NCBI GenBank assembly: GCA_965284395.1
Contig: OZ260084.1
Location: forward strand, 3,158,566 to 3,222,565
DNA length: 64,000 bases
Direction of reading: 5' to 3'
Source of the DNA: Limisphaerales bacterium
GTDB taxonomy: Bacteria; Verrucomicrobiota; Verrucomicrobiia; Limisphaerales; UBA9464
Shown here: positions 1 through 10,308 of the stretch, piece by piece
Numbering within the stretch: the stretch's first letter is position 1
Layout of the letters: each line of letters starts with the position of its first letter
Made by a program: the position numbers and the translations under genes
Notes under the pieces: generated by a model
Told to the model about the DNA's origin: nothing
The model's database searches: none
What the model saw: only the letters and a program-made list of their open reading frames with translations

Positions 1-179
1 GGGCGGGAAGCGTGAGCACTTCCCCGGAGTGGAGTTGCCAGGCGCGGAGAAGGACGGAGCGGTCGCCGTGGCCGTGGGCGTCGAGGGCGAGGATCGATTG
101 CGCGGCGGGGGAATCGCCGAAAGTGGAACGGACGCAGGCCAGGAAGGCGGCGTCGCGATCGACGAGGGTCCCGTCGAGG

Positions 180-1304
180 TCAAAGAAGATGGCGCGGGGC
201 GAGACAGGCATGGGCGATGGCTTCGTAGGCGGACTCGCCGCGGTTGAGGAGGCGCGGCAGGAGGTCGCCGAAGGCGTTGATCTCCCCGATCCGGGGGCGG
301 TGCCGGGCATCGATGAGGACATCGACACCGGCATAGAGCGAATCGGGGAAGGTGGCGGCGGCCTGGCGGGCGAGGTCCAGGGCGCGTTGGAAAGCATCCG
401 GGCCGATGGCCTCGATGAGCGCGGATTCGTCGGCCCGGCGGTTGCCGAGGTGGAGGTTGGTCATCGGATGCCGGCTTTGGCGGATGACGCGGTGGCGGGG
501 TTCGCCGACGATGACGAGGACGCGGAGGTCGATGGCACCGCCGGGGAGCGTCAGTTTGGGGATCCAGTCCTCGCGGATCATCCCCTGCGGCAGGAGTCGG
601 TCGAGGATCCAGGCGATCTCATCGGTGGACTGGTAGGACTGCACGCGCAGGCTGTTCGCGAGAAAGGTGCGGCCGTGTTCGGATCGGATGCGGAGCGGGG
701 CGGTGAGCCGGGTTCGAGAGGCGGTCCACTGGAGGGCACAGACGCCGGAAGCGGAGGATCCGTGGAGGGGCTTGAGGAACCATCGACCATTGGGGCGGGC
801 GCGCATCTGTTCGCGCAATCCTGCGAACGAGTCGGGAGCGGGTGCGGACGCGGGTCTCGGGATCTCGGCGGCGGCGAAGCGTTGGTGGCTGGCCCACTTG
901 TCGAACATCACGCCGATGTCGGCGGGTGCGTTGAGGCACGGAATGCCGCGGGCCTGGATGCGGTCGAGGGCGATGAGGAAGCCCTGGTGCTGTTCGCGGA
1001 GCCACGCGATTTCGCCGAAGGCCAGCGAGGCGTCGGATGGGCCGCCGCCGAGGTTGATGAGGGCGTGTGTGACGGCTTCGTCCTCACCCGGTGAATCGAT
1101 TCGGAGCAGATCCGCGTCGAGTGCGTCGAGGGAGGCCGGGTTGCGGAGGAACTCGATCCAGGGGAGGCAGGGCGGGCGTGGGGCACCGAGGTCCTCGACT
1201 GCCTGCTGGAAGCCGAGCACCCGGCGGTTGGCCGGGTTGCCGAGGATCGCGAGACGTGGGCTATTCGCCGACGGCGACGAAGCGATACTCATCATCTTCA
1301 TCAT
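180..1304 (-). CDS. ATP-grasp family ligase (RimK/alpha-L-glutamate-ligase-like); start at one of four Met codons 1292-1304
   Basis: ORF 180..1466; C-terminal '[13 protein letters not shown]' and preceding 'LHLGN..DVLID' blocks typical of ATP-grasp folds; N-terminal '[10 protein letters not shown]' Met cluster overlaps the 3' end of the upstream WGR gene (stop 1261). Confidence 0.55.
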   Translation of the reverse strand: MMKMMSIASSPSANSPRLAILGNPANRRVLGFQQAVEDLGAPRPPCLPWIEFLRNPASLDALDADLLRIDSPGEDEAVTHALINLGGGPSDASLAFGEIAWLREQHQGFLIALDRIQARGIPCLNAPADIGVMFDKWASHQRFAAAEIPRPASAPAPDSFAGLREQMRARPNGRWFLKPLHGSSASGVCALQWTASRTRLTAPLRIRSEHGRTFLANSLRVQSYQSTDEIAWILDRLLPQGMIREDWIPKLTLPGGAIDLRVLVIVGEPRHRVIRQSRHPMTNLHLGNRRADESALIEAIGPDAFQRALDLARQAAATFPDSLYAGVDVLIDARHRPRIGEINAFGDLLPRLLNRGESAYEAIAHACLAPRHLL

Positions 1305-2469
1305 CGAGGTCGCTGGGGCGGGAGACATCGACGGTGAGGGGCAGGGCCTTGAGTTGGCGGGCGAGGTCGCTGCTGATGTAGTTGTAGTGGAGGTTGAGCT
1401 TCTTGAGCGTGGGACTGGCAGGGAGCTTGAGCAGGGCCTTGGCGCCTTCGTCGGTGAGGACTCCAAGGGAGAGATCCAGGGTCTCGATGCGCTGGAGAAG
1501 AGGGCTGCGGATGATGGCGGCGGCGATCTCGTCGGCCATCTGGCTGTTGCGCAGGCCGAGGTAACGGAGCTTCGGGAAGAGTCGTCCGGCGAGGATGGGT
1601 TCGAGGTCGTCCATCGAGTGGTTGCCGCCGTACTCGTCCGTGCCGAGCCAGAGCTCGAGGTGTTCGAGGTTGGGGAAGCTGGAGAGGGCGATCGACTTCA
1701 GGACGGAGGCGTCCAGCCCGCCGGTTTCCAGGGCGAGGGCGCGGAGGTTCTCATGTTCAGGCGCGTGGATGGAGAGACCGTCGCCCCCGCGGGTCCGGAG
1801 GAGTTGCAGGGTGGGGAAGGCGGCGAGGAGCGGAGAGAGGTCACACTGATGGATCCACGACATCTCGTTCTCCTCGCTGGTGATGTCGCCGAGGTAGATC
1901 GCGGCCAGCCTGGGGAGCCGGGCCTTGGACTTCACGAGCAGCTGGATGACTTCCTCGGGAGTCTTCTCCGAGTCGTCCCCGTGCCACGCACCGATGACGA
2001 GGGCCGTGGTCTCCGGGGCTTTTTCATCCGCCAGGAACTGTTCGAGATGCGGGATCAGTTCGTCTTCCTCCCAGTCGGATCGGAAACGATAGACGACGTC
2101 GGAGCGGACGGGCTTGTCGGGATCGAAGTCGACCACGCGGCGGCCGATGAAGGTGGATGCATTCTCGCTGATGTCCTCACGTCGTAGGATCGAACAGAAG
2201 GCGATGGCCGGGAGGAGACCGTCGCCCGAGTCCTGAGTGGAGGTAGCGGAAGCCCCGGACCCGGCGGATTCAACGTAGCCCTTGGCGAGTTTCTCGCGCA
2301 CGAGTTTCTCGGCCTCCTTGCGGGCGGCCTCGTCGGAGGCAAAGGACTTGGTCTGCGTCTGGCCCTCGGTGCCGATGCGACCGTAGGTGACGGTGAAGGA
2401 GTTCCCTTGGAGCGCAATGTTCCAGAACTTGCTGGAGTGGGAATCCATGTAGACCAGTTGGCGTGTCAT
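1261..2469 (-). CDS. WGR-domain protein with C-terminal leucine-rich repeats
   Basis: '[29 protein letters not shown]...[14 protein letters not shown]' is a WGR domain; C-terminal half has repeated L..L.L..N LRR-like units; real start taken as [10 protein letters not shown] (ATG at 2469), upstream part of ORF 1261..2706 is low-complexity read-through. Confidence 0.6.
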   Translation of the reverse strand: MTRQLVYMDSHSSKFWNIALQGNSFTVTYGRIGTEGQTQTKSFASDEAARKEAEKLVREKLAKGYVESAGSGASATSTQDSGDGLLPAIAFCSILRREDISENASTFIGRRVVDFDPDKPVRSDVVYRFRSDWEEDELIPHLEQFLADEKAPETTALVIGAWHGDDSEKTPEEVIQLLVKSKARLPRLAAIYLGDITSEENEMSWIHQCDLSPLLAAFPTLQLLRTRGGDGLSIHAPEHENLRALALETGGLDASVLKSIALSSFPNLEHLELWLGTDEYGGNHSMDDLEPILAGRLFPKLRYLGLRNSQMADEIAAAIIRSPLLQRIETLDLSLGVLTDEGAKALLKLPASPTLKKLNLHYNYISSDLARQLKALPLTVDVSRPSDLDDEDDEYRFVAVGE

Positions 2470-2794
2470 CGGAGGAGGGTTGGAGACTGCGGGTGAATTG
2501 TGGGAAGAGGTTGGCCAACGGCACGGGCGAGACAATTCCAAAATTTCCAGCGGCGGGCGTGGATGGGACGGGGGGGGCCATCGGCGACGCTGCGGGCGCG
2601 GCGGGGCGGCTAAGCCGTATCCATGCAGTAGTTGTCTCACGCGGAGCCGCGGAGAGCGCGGAGAGAGAGGCAGGTCACAAATGTCCCAAAGTCGGCAACC
2701 AGTCACCTAACGGTGACTGAGCGGCTTGCCGTCCAAGTGTACTTTCTCCGCGTCTCCGCGTGAACCTGTCCCCCCTTCAATCGCATGGTTACGG

Positions 2795-3676
2795 CTAAGG
2801 GGTGAGGGTGGCGAAGCAGTCGCGGAAGGCGCGTACGACGGGGGAACGATCGGAGCGACGCCAGGCGAGGACGGTCTGGACCGGGGGGACAGGCGAGGGA
2901 AGGTCACGGTAGACGAGGCCTGGTCGTATGACCTCGGCGAGGGTGGCGGTGGTGGGTGCAATCCCGAAGCCGGCGGAGATGAGCCACATCTTGGTCTGGA
3001 CGTCGTTGGCGTACTGGGCTGCGCGAGGGGTGGCACCGGCACGGGTGCAGGCGGCGAAGAAGGCATCGTAGTAGCCGTGCTGCATCGAGGGGTGGATCAG
3101 CACGAGGGCCTCGCCGTGGAAGTCCGACCAGGTGAGCTGGGGCTGCCGGGCGAGGCGATGGTCGGAGGGCATGGCGAGTACCTGAGGGGATTCCTCGACG
3201 AACCGGCATTCGAGGTCGGGGAAACCGACGGGTGGGCGCAGAAGACCAACGTCGAGCTCGTCCTCGCGGAGGCGTCGCATCTGTTCGAGGCTAACGAGGT
3301 CGAAGAGCGAGAGCTGGACGCCGGGGAAGCGTTGTTGGAAACCGCGGAGGATGCCGGCGAGCCAGGCGTTGGCGGAAGGGGCGATGATGCCGATGCGAAG
3401 GACGCCGACGAGGCCCTCACTGGCCTGGCGGGCGCGGTGCTCGGCCTGGGCGGCGACGCTGAGGACGAGCCGGGCCTCGTCGAGCAGGATGCGCCCGGCG
3501 GTGGTGAGGCGGACGGAGCGGGTGGTTCGTTCGAGGAGGCGGACGCCGAGCTCACCTTCGAGGGACTTGATCTGGGCGCTGAGCGGGGGTTGGGCGATGT
3601 GGAGGCGTTCGGCGGCGCGGCGGAAGTTGAGTTCCTCGGCGACGGCGACGAAGTAGCGAAGGTGTCTCAGTTCCAT
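2795..3676 (-). CDS. LysR-family transcriptional regulator
   Basis: N-terminal HTH 'MELRHLRYFVAVAEELNFRRAAERLHIAQPPLSAQIKSLE'; divergent from RND pump gene. Confidence 0.9.
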   Translation of the reverse strand: MELRHLRYFVAVAEELNFRRAAERLHIAQPPLSAQIKSLEGELGVRLLERTTRSVRLTTAGRILLDEARLVLSVAAQAEHRARQASEGLVGVLRIGIIAPSANAWLAGILRGFQQRFPGVQLSLFDLVSLEQMRRLREDELDVGLLRPPVGFPDLECRFVEESPQVLAMPSDHRLARQPQLTWSDFHGEALVLIHPSMQHGYYDAFFAACTRAGATPRAAQYANDVQTKMWLISAGFGIAPTTATLAEVIRPGLVYRDLPSPVPPVQTVLAWRRSDRSPVVRAFRDCFATLTP

Positions 3677-3681
3677 GGCTT

Positions 3682-3700
3682 TGATACTTGGTTCGTATCA
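3682..3700. promoter_or_regulatory. LysR-type T-N11-A palindrome (tgatacTTGGTTCgtatca) in LysR/RND divergent intergenic region
   Basis: perfect 6-bp inverted arms around 7-bp spacer, 6 bp upstream of LysR start codon. Confidence 0.4.
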
Positions 3701-3852
3701 GCGCGGCAGCAATCTTGTATTGGCCATCTGGCGCGCTGGACCGCAACCATGGGCAATGCTGTTGATGGATCCTTCCACCTCCCGCGGTACCCGGATGGGT
3801 GCTGGTGGCCGGCCTGCCGTGACTGCCTGATCGTCCGCCTCCTGGAACCGCC

Positions 3853-6800
3853 ATGTGGATCGTCCGCCTCGCCCTCCGTCGTCCGTACACCTTCGTGGTG
3901 GCGGCGCTGGTGTTGATCCTGTTGACGCCGCTGATCCTTCTGCGGACGCCGACGGACATCTTTCCGTCGATCAACATCCCGGTGATCTCGGTCATCTGGC
4001 AGTATCAGGGCCTGAGTGCGCAGGAGATCGAGCAGCGGATCCTGTTCGGGCATGAGCGGTCGTTGTCGGCGACGGTCAACGACATCGAGCACGTCGAGTC
4101 GAACGCCTACAATGGTGTTGGCATCATCAAGGTGTTCCTGCGGGAGGGGGCGTCGATTGACGCGGGGGTGGCGCAGATCACGGCGATCGCGCAGACCATC
4201 CTGCGGCAGATGCCGCCGGGCCAGACGCCGCCGCTGGTGATCCGGTACAATGCGTCGACAGTCCCGATCCTGCAGTACGGGTTGAGTTCAAAGACGCTTT
4301 CGGAGCAGGAACTGTATGACTTGGGTCAGAACCAGGTGCGAGTCGGGCTTTCTACGGTGTTCGGGGCGCAGGTGCCGTGGCCATATGGCGGGAAGACGCG
4401 GGTGGTGTCGGTGGACCTCGACCTGCCGGCGTTGAAGGCGAAAGGGCTGAAGGCCGAGGACGTCGTGAACGCGTTCGCGTCGCAGAGCCTGATCCTGCCG
4501 GCTGGGACCATGAAGATCGGTCCGACGGAATATGATGTCTCGGTGAACAGCCAACCGCGGGTTCTAGAGGAATTGAACGACCTGCCGGTGCGGGTGGTGA
4601 ACGGGGCGACGATCCGGGTGCGGGACGTGGCGAACGTGCGGGATGGGTACCAACCGCAGCAGAACGTGGTTCGACAGGACGGGCAGCGCGGGGCGTTGCT
4701 GACCATCCTGAAGAGCGGGGTGGCTTCGACGCTGGATGTCGTGGCGAGCGTGAAGGGGGCGATGCCGCGGATCGTGTCGGGTTTGCCGGCGGAACTCGAG
4801 GTGAAGGAATTCGGGGATCAATCGCTCTTCGTCCGGGCGGCGGTGGACGGGGTGATCCGGGAAGGCGTGATCGCAGCCGGGTTGACGGCGGTGATGATCC
4901 TGCTGTTCCTGGGATCGTGGCGGAGCACGTTGATCATCGCGGTGTCGATTCCGCTGAGCGTGTTGGCGTCGCTGGCTGTGCTGAGCGCTCTGGGTGAGAC
5001 GATCAACCTCATGACGCTGGGTGGCCTGGCCCTGGCGGTGGGAATCCTGGTCGATGATGCCACGGTGGAGATCGAGAACATCCATCGGCAGATGTCGTTC
5101 GGGAAGTCGCTGGAGACGGCGATCCTGGACGGCGCGCAGGAGATCGCATTGCCGGCGTTCGTGAGCACGCTGTGCATCTGCATCGTTTTCGTCCCGATGT
5201 TCTTCCTGACGGGGGTGGCGCGGCACCTGTTCGTGCCGCTGGCGGAGGCGGTGGTGTTTGCGATGCTGGCGAGCTACGTCCTGAGCCGGACGCTGATTCC
5301 GACACTGGTCATGTGGTTCTACAGAAATGTGGGGCACGGAGCGGGGCACGGGCTGGAGAAGGCAGCCGGGGGCGAGGGGGCGGAATGGGAGACGGGCGGG
5401 ACGATGATCCGTCGGCGTGAGGCGGTGAAGACGTCGACGTGGATGAGACCGTTCGCCGTGGTCCATGCGGCGTTCGAGGGTGGTTTCGGCCGATTCCGCG
5501 ATGGATACCGGGAGTTGCTGGAGTTGTTGCTGCATCATCGCGTGGCATTCGCGACGGCGTTCCTGGTTCTGTGCGGGGCGTCTGCGCTCCTGTATGGCCG
5601 GTTGGGGGAGGATTTCTTTCCGGCGGTCGATGCGGGGCAGATCCGGCTGCACCTGCGGGCTCGGACAGGAACGCGGATTGAAGAGACGGTACGACTCGTG
5701 GACCAGGTGGAGGCGGTGATCCGCGAAGAGGTCGGGACTGAGGAAATCGCGGGCGTGCTCGACAACATTGGCATTCCGAACTCGGGCATCTCGTTGAGCT
5801 ATTCCAACAACGGGTTGATTGGCACGGGCGACGCGGACGTGCTGGTGTCGTTGAAGGACGGGCATCGGTCGACGGCCGATCACGTGCGGCGGTTGAGGTC
5901 GCGGCTGTCGAGGGAGTTTCCGGGGACGATGTTCTATTTCCTGCCGGCGGACATCGTCAGCCAGACGATCAATTTCGGCCTGCCGGCGCCGTTCGACGTG
6001 CAGATCGTCGGGCGGGACCAGGCGGGGAACCGGGCGGTGGCGGCGGCGCTGGCGGCGAGGATCCGACAGGTGCCGGGGGCGGTGGACGTGCGGGTTCAGC
6101 AACCGGCCGACCAGCCGCGCCTGCACGTCGAGGTCGACCGGGCGAAGGCGGCGGAGATCGGGTTGACGGAGCGGGACGTGGCGAACTCGGTCCTTCTGAG
6201 CCTGAATGGCAGCGGGCAGGTGGCGCCCTCGTACTGGCTGAACCCGAAGATCGGGATCCAGTACCTGTTGAACATCCGGGCACCGGAGCACGTGATGGAT
6301 TCGCTGGATTCACTGATGTCGGTCCCGGTGAGCGCGAGCGTGGCTGGCGCGGGGGATGGGCAGGTGCTGGCGAACGTGGCGCGGGTGACGCGGACGAATT
6401 CGCCGCCGGTGGTGACGCACTACAACGTGCTTCCGGTGATCGACGTGTTCGGTGGGGTGGACGGTCGGGACCTGGGGTCGGTGCTGCGCGACATCGAGCC
6501 GTTGGTGGAAGCGGCCAAGAGGGAGCTGCCGAAGGGGAGTTTCATCGTCATGCGCGGCCAGGCGGAGACGATGCGGGCGAGTTACCGAGGGTTGCTGCTG
6601 GGTTTGGTGGGCGCGGTGGTGCTCGTCTACCTGCTGTTGGTGGTGAACTTCCAGAGCTGGCTGGACCCGTTCATCATCATCACGGCATTGCCCGGAGCGG
6701 TGGCGGGAGTGGCGTGGGGATTGTGGGTGACCGGGACTTCGCTGAGCGTGCCGGCGTTGATGGGGGCGATCATGTGCGTGGGCGTGGCGACGGCGAATTC

Positions 6801-7134
6801 GGTGTTGATCGTGAGCTTTGCGCGCGAGGCGATGAACACGGGGGAGGATGCGCTGGCGGCGGCGTTGAAGGCCGGGAGCACGCGTCTGCGGGCGGTGCTG
6901 ATGACAGCGCTTGCGATGGCGTTGGGCATGGTTCCCATGAGCCTTGGCCTGGGTGAAGGCGGCGAGCAGAACGCGCCGCTCGGCCGGGCCGTGATCGGTG
7001 GCCTGGTGATGGCCACGGTGGCCACGTTGCTCTTTGTTCCGGTGGTCTTCACGCTCGTCCACCGGGGACGTGACCCGAAGGAGAAGACGGCAGACCTGAT
7101 GGCCGAGTCCGGCCCCGAGACCCTTTCCCCATGA
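3853..7134 (+). CDS. RND efflux transporter permease (AcrB/HAE1-like)
   Basis: 1093 aa, 12-TM RND architecture, conserved N-terminus 'RRPYTFVVAALVLILLTPLILLRTPTDIFPSINIPVISV'. Confidence 0.9.
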   Translation: MWIVRLALRRPYTFVVAALVLILLTPLILLRTPTDIFPSINIPVISVIWQYQGLSAQEIEQRILFGHERSLSATVNDIEHVESNAYNGVGIIKVFLREGASIDAGVAQITAIAQTILRQMPPGQTPPLVIRYNASTVPILQYGLSSKTLSEQELYDLGQNQVRVGLSTVFGAQVPWPYGGKTRVVSVDLDLPALKAKGLKAEDVVNAFASQSLILPAGTMKIGPTEYDVSVNSQPRVLEELNDLPVRVVNGATIRVRDVANVRDGYQPQQNVVRQDGQRGALLTILKSGVASTLDVVASVKGAMPRIVSGLPAELEVKEFGDQSLFVRAAVDGVIREGVIAAGLTAVMILLFLGSWRSTLIIAVSIPLSVLASLAVLSALGETINLMTLGGLALAVGILVDDATVEIENIHRQMSFGKSLETAILDGAQEIALPAFVSTLCICIVFVPMFFLTGVARHLFVPLAEAVVFAMLASYVLSRTLIPTLVMWFYRNVGHGAGHGLEKAAGGEGAEWETGGTMIRRREAVKTSTWMRPFAVVHAAFEGGFGRFRDGYRELLELLLHHRVAFATAFLVLCGASALLYGRLGEDFFPAVDAGQIRLHLRARTGTRIEETVRLVDQVEAVIREEVGTEEIAGVLDNIGIPNSGISLSYSNNGLIGTGDADVLVSLKDGHRSTADHVRRLRSRLSREFPGTMFYFLPADIVSQTINFGLPAPFDVQIVGRDQAGNRAVAAALAARIRQVPGAVDVRVQQPADQPRLHVEVDRAKAAEIGLTERDVANSVLLSLNGSGQVAPSYWLNPKIGIQYLLNIRAPEHVMDSLDSLMSVPVSASVAGAGDGQVLANVARVTRTNSPPVVTHYNVLPVIDVFGGVDGRDLGSVLRDIEPLVEAAKRELPKGSFIVMRGQAETMRASYRGLLLGLVGAVVLVYLLLVVNFQSWLDPFIIITALPGAVAGVAWGLWVTGTSLSVPALMGAIMCVGVATANSVLIVSFAREAMNTGEDALAAALKAGSTRLRAVLMTALAMALGMVPMSLGLGEGGEQNAPLGRAVIGGLVMATVATLLFVPVVFTLVHRGRDPKEKTADLMAESGPETLSP

Positions 7135-8324
7135 GAATTGTTGCTGAACGTCGGGAGCTGCTGGACCGCGCACAGGGACGTGCGCGCGCCAGCGGAGCCT
7201 CCTTGCTGGTCTACGTCCTCTTGTTGGCGCTGGTGCTGGGTGTGGCGTTTGCCATGGGGTGGCTTCCCCGGGCTCGCCAGGCGCGAGCGGTGGTGGCGGA
7301 GACACGGGAGCTGGCGGTGTCGACCGTGACCGTGATTTCTCCGGCACCTTCGAAGGCTGGAGGCCTGCTCCTGTTGCCAGCGGAGATCCGGCCATTTGCG
7401 GATGCCTCGATTCTCGCGCGGGCATCCGGCTACGTGAAAAGGTGGCACGCCGAGTTGGGATCGACGGTTGAGTCAGGGGCGTTGCTGGCCGAACTGGAGA
7501 CGCCGGAGTTGAACGAGGAATTGTCGACGGCGCGGGCGCAGCTGAAGCAGATGCAGGCGGCCGCAGCCCTGTCGGAGACGACGGCGGCGCGCTGGCGCGA
7601 GATGCGGCGTGAGGCGCTGGTCTCGCAGCAGGAGACGGACGAGAAACTGGCGGACGCACGCTTGAAGGCGGCTCAGGTTGAGTCGGCCGAGGCGAACGTG
7701 CATCGGTTGGAGGAATTGCAGAAGTTCGCGCGGATCACGGCGCCGTTCGCGGGCGTGGTGACGGCGCGTCGGGTGGATGTCGGCCAGTTGGTGGCGGCGG
7801 GGAGCGCCGTGGAGCTTTACCGGCTCGCGCAGGTGGACCGGTTGCGGGTGTTCGTCCGGGTTCCCCAAGCGACGGCGTCGGCGATGGTTCCCGGATTGGC
7901 GGCCGAGGTGCTGCTGGATGGCAAGGGAAGCCGGCCACTGGCGGCGAAGGTGGTCCGGACTTCGGGAGCGATGGATTCGAGTTCGCGGACACTGCTGACG
8001 GAACTGGAACTGCCGAACCCCGGGCATGAGGTGCTGCCAGGCGGGTTCGCCCAGGTGCGTTTCACGGGTTTCTCACGGGAGGTGCCGCTGGCGGTCCCGG
8101 CGAACACGCTGCTCTTCCGGACCGATGGAGCCACGGTGGCACTGGTGAAGCAGGACAACCGGGTTGAATTGCGGAAGGTCACGCTCGGCCGGGACCTCGG
8201 CATGACGGTGGAGGTGACGGGGGGCCTTACGGCGTCGGACCGGTTGGTGTTGAATCCGGCGGATTCCATCACCGATGGCGTCGAGGTCCGGGTCCACAGC
8301 GGAGACGTGGGGAAGAAGCCTTGA
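7131..8324 (+). CDS. RND efflux periplasmic adaptor (membrane fusion protein, HlyD family)
   Basis: N-terminal TM, coiled-coil, 'ITAPFAGVVTARRVDVGQLV' lipoyl/beta-barrel motifs; ATGA overlap with pump gene. Confidence 0.8.
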   Translation: MRIVAERRELLDRAQGRARASGASLLVYVLLLALVLGVAFAMGWLPRARQARAVVAETRELAVSTVTVISPAPSKAGGLLLLPAEIRPFADASILARASGYVKRWHAELGSTVESGALLAELETPELNEELSTARAQLKQMQAAAALSETTAARWREMRREALVSQQETDEKLADARLKAAQVESAEANVHRLEELQKFARITAPFAGVVTARRVDVGQLVAAGSAVELYRLAQVDRLRVFVRVPQATASAMVPGLAAEVLLDGKGSRPLAAKVVRTSGAMDSSSRTLLTELELPNPGHEVLPGGFAQVRFTGFSREVPLAVPANTLLFRTDGATVALVKQDNRVELRKVTLGRDLGMTVEVTGGLTASDRLVLNPADSITDGVEVRVHSGDVGKKP

Positions 8325-8337
8325 TCCTGAAAGCGGC

Positions 8338-8515
8338 AGTTGGATCCGCAGATGGCGCAGATGACGCAGATAATGAGGAGCATGGATCGGGCGTGCCGTT
8401 CACCCGCAAGGTGACGTCTGCGCGAGCCTCGGGTGCTGGCATTTCTGCCCTTCCATCTGCGCAATCGGCGCCATCTGCGGATGAATGAACTGCCGATTTT
8501 AGGTTGATAGGGCTG
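8338..8515. repeat. Intergenic TIR-bearing repeat element, copy A (related copies at 39770-39955 and ~52495-52625)
   Basis: terminal inverted repeats ggatccgcagatgg / ccatctgcggatga; internal 3x9-bp array atctgcgca-atcggcgcc-atctgcgga; shared 3' block aactgccgattttaggttga; followed by palindromic hairpin cgcggcttc-tgttgc-gaagccgcg (8534-8557). Confidence 0.5.
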
Positions 8516-8580
8516 ATCCGGGAAGGAAAGGCCTCGCGGCTTCTGTTGCGAAGCCGCGAAGCCATGAAGCCGCGAGGGAA

Positions 8581-8967
8581 TCAGTCCTTGATGACGCGCA
8601 TGGCGGGGAGGGGACCGGCGATGTTGTGTTTCTCGAGGGCGGCCTTGGCGGCCTCGTTCATGGTGAAGAAGGCGTCCCAATAGCTGGCGGCGGGGCAAGA
8701 TGCGCGCAGTTCCGCGGTGAACTTGTTCTCGCCCAGTTGGGTGAGGACGACGACCGGGGCCGGTTGGGCGACCAGGTGGGTGTTGCCCTTGACGGATTCC
8801 AGGAGGGCGGCCCGGACTGCGGCCATGGTGTTGCCGCCGCCGACGGTGCAGGCCACGACGACCACCCGGAGCGGGTTGCTGGAGAAGTTGGTGATGTTCC
8901 CTCCGGTGATGGCCGAGTTCGGAACGACGACCTTGCGGTTGTCGAGGGTGTGCAGGGTGGGGCTCCT
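8581..8967 (-). pseudogene. 5'-truncated MscS-family mechanosensitive channel remnant (C-terminal ~128 aa only)
   Basis: 'TLHTLDNRKVVVPNSAITGGNITNFS...' matches MscS beta-domain/C-terminal region; no TM-encoding N-terminus in frame, upstream portion of ORF is non-protein-like and the MFS gene starts at 9040. Confidence 0.55.
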
Positions 8968-9039
8968 CGTTCGGCGTGCTTGCGTGCCGGCCGTTGGGTC
9001 CCTTGACTCCGCGTTCCCCGATCGCGATGGGGAATCGAC

Positions 9040-10290
9040 GTGCGAACCGGACCAGGCAAGAGCGGCTATTACGTGTTGGAAGGATTGAACTCCTTCGCGA
9101 CGGCCTATTTTTTCAACTACGTGCTGCAGCGGTTGCGGCGGGAGTCGGGCTTCACCGACATGGACACGCTGCTGCTGTGTGTCCTGCACGGGTTCCTCTA
9201 CATTCCGGGATCGGTCTACGGGGGACGGTTTGGCCAGCGGTTTGGGTACTTCCGGTCACTGCATGTGGGCTTCGGCGGGCAGTTCGCCGGCGTGTTGCTG
9301 GCGGGCCTGGTGCCGGCGACCTGGGCCCAGGTGGCCGGGGTGGCGATCTGGACGACTTCGATGTGCTTCGTGTGGCCGATGCTCGAGGCCCTGGTGAGCG
9401 AGCATGAGTCGAAGGACCGGCTGCCGGATCGGGTGGGGCTCTACAATTTCACGTGGGCGGCGACGGCGGCGGTGGGGGTGTTCGTCGGGGGGACGATGTA
9501 CCGGGTGCTGGGGGCGGCGAGCCTGTACTGGCTGCCGGCTCTGGTTCATCTGGGGCAATGGGTGGCCCTGCCGGCGTGGGAGAGGAAGCACGATCGATGG
9601 GTGGGGGAACAGCGCCTTCTAACGTCGCCCGACGGGCAACTGGTGACTGGGAACTCGGAACCTTCAGGCCAGCGCCTCCTGACGTCGTCGGCCACGGCCG
9701 GTACGGAGGGAGTGGGCTATTTCAAGCAGTTGGCGTGGCTGGGGAATCCGTTCAACTACATGGCGATCAACACGGTGCTGGCGATCGTGCCGGCGCTGTC
9801 GGTGCGGCTGGGGCAGGACGTGGAACGGATGGGGCAGCTGATGTCGATCTGGTTCGTGGCGCGGGCGGTGGCGTTCGTGGTGCTGTGGAAGTGGACGGGG
9901 TGGCATTACCGCTTTGTGTGGTTTGGGAGCGGTCTGCTGCTGCTGCTGGCGGGATTCGTGGGCGTGGTGCTGGCGCCGTCGACGTGGGTGCTGGTGGTGG
10001 CGCAGGTGGCGTTGGGATGGGCGAGCGCGGTGCTCTACTATTCCTCGCTGTTCTACACGATGGATGGATCAGAGGCGAAGGGGGAGCACGGCGGCCTGCA
10101 TGAGGCCTTCATCGGATGCGGTATCTTTGGGGGGCCAGCGGTGAGTGCGTTGGCGATCTGGGCGACGGGGAGCGAACTGGCACCGGCATGGGCGGTTGGG
10201 GCGTTCCTGTTCGCGGGATTCGTGATCTCGGTGGTGCTGAAGGTAAGGGGGACGACGAAGATGGTTCTCCGCGATGGCGAGGTCAGGTAA
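9040..10290 (+). CDS. MFS-like polytopic membrane transporter (GTG start)
   Basis: 416 aa, ~10-12 hydrophobic helices, Gly-rich MFS-like N-terminus; start uncertain (internal Met at 'MDTLLL'). Confidence 0.6.
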   Translation: MRTGPGKSGYYVLEGLNSFATAYFFNYVLQRLRRESGFTDMDTLLLCVLHGFLYIPGSVYGGRFGQRFGYFRSLHVGFGGQFAGVLLAGLVPATWAQVAGVAIWTTSMCFVWPMLEALVSEHESKDRLPDRVGLYNFTWAATAAVGVFVGGTMYRVLGAASLYWLPALVHLGQWVALPAWERKHDRWVGEQRLLTSPDGQLVTGNSEPSGQRLLTSSATAGTEGVGYFKQLAWLGNPFNYMAINTVLAIVPALSVRLGQDVERMGQLMSIWFVARAVAFVVLWKWTGWHYRFVWFGSGLLLLLAGFVGVVLAPSTWVLVVAQVALGWASAVLYYSSLFYTMDGSEAKGEHGGLHEAFIGCGIFGGPAVSALAIWATGSELAPAWAVGAFLFAGFVISVVLKVRGTTKMVLRDGEVR

Positions 10291-10308
10291 GGTTGGCGGC
10301 CTTAGGTC

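Noticed and set aside
12-2187. Plus-strand ORFs 12..1094 and 667..2187
   Set aside because: Antisense to the ATP-grasp and WGR genes; Gly/Ala/Glu-rich low-complexity translation.
4564-7659. Long minus-strand ORFs (4564..6291, 6310..7659) inside the RND pump gene
   Set aside because: Antisense to a confidently identified RND transporter; extreme Arg/Pro/His composition.
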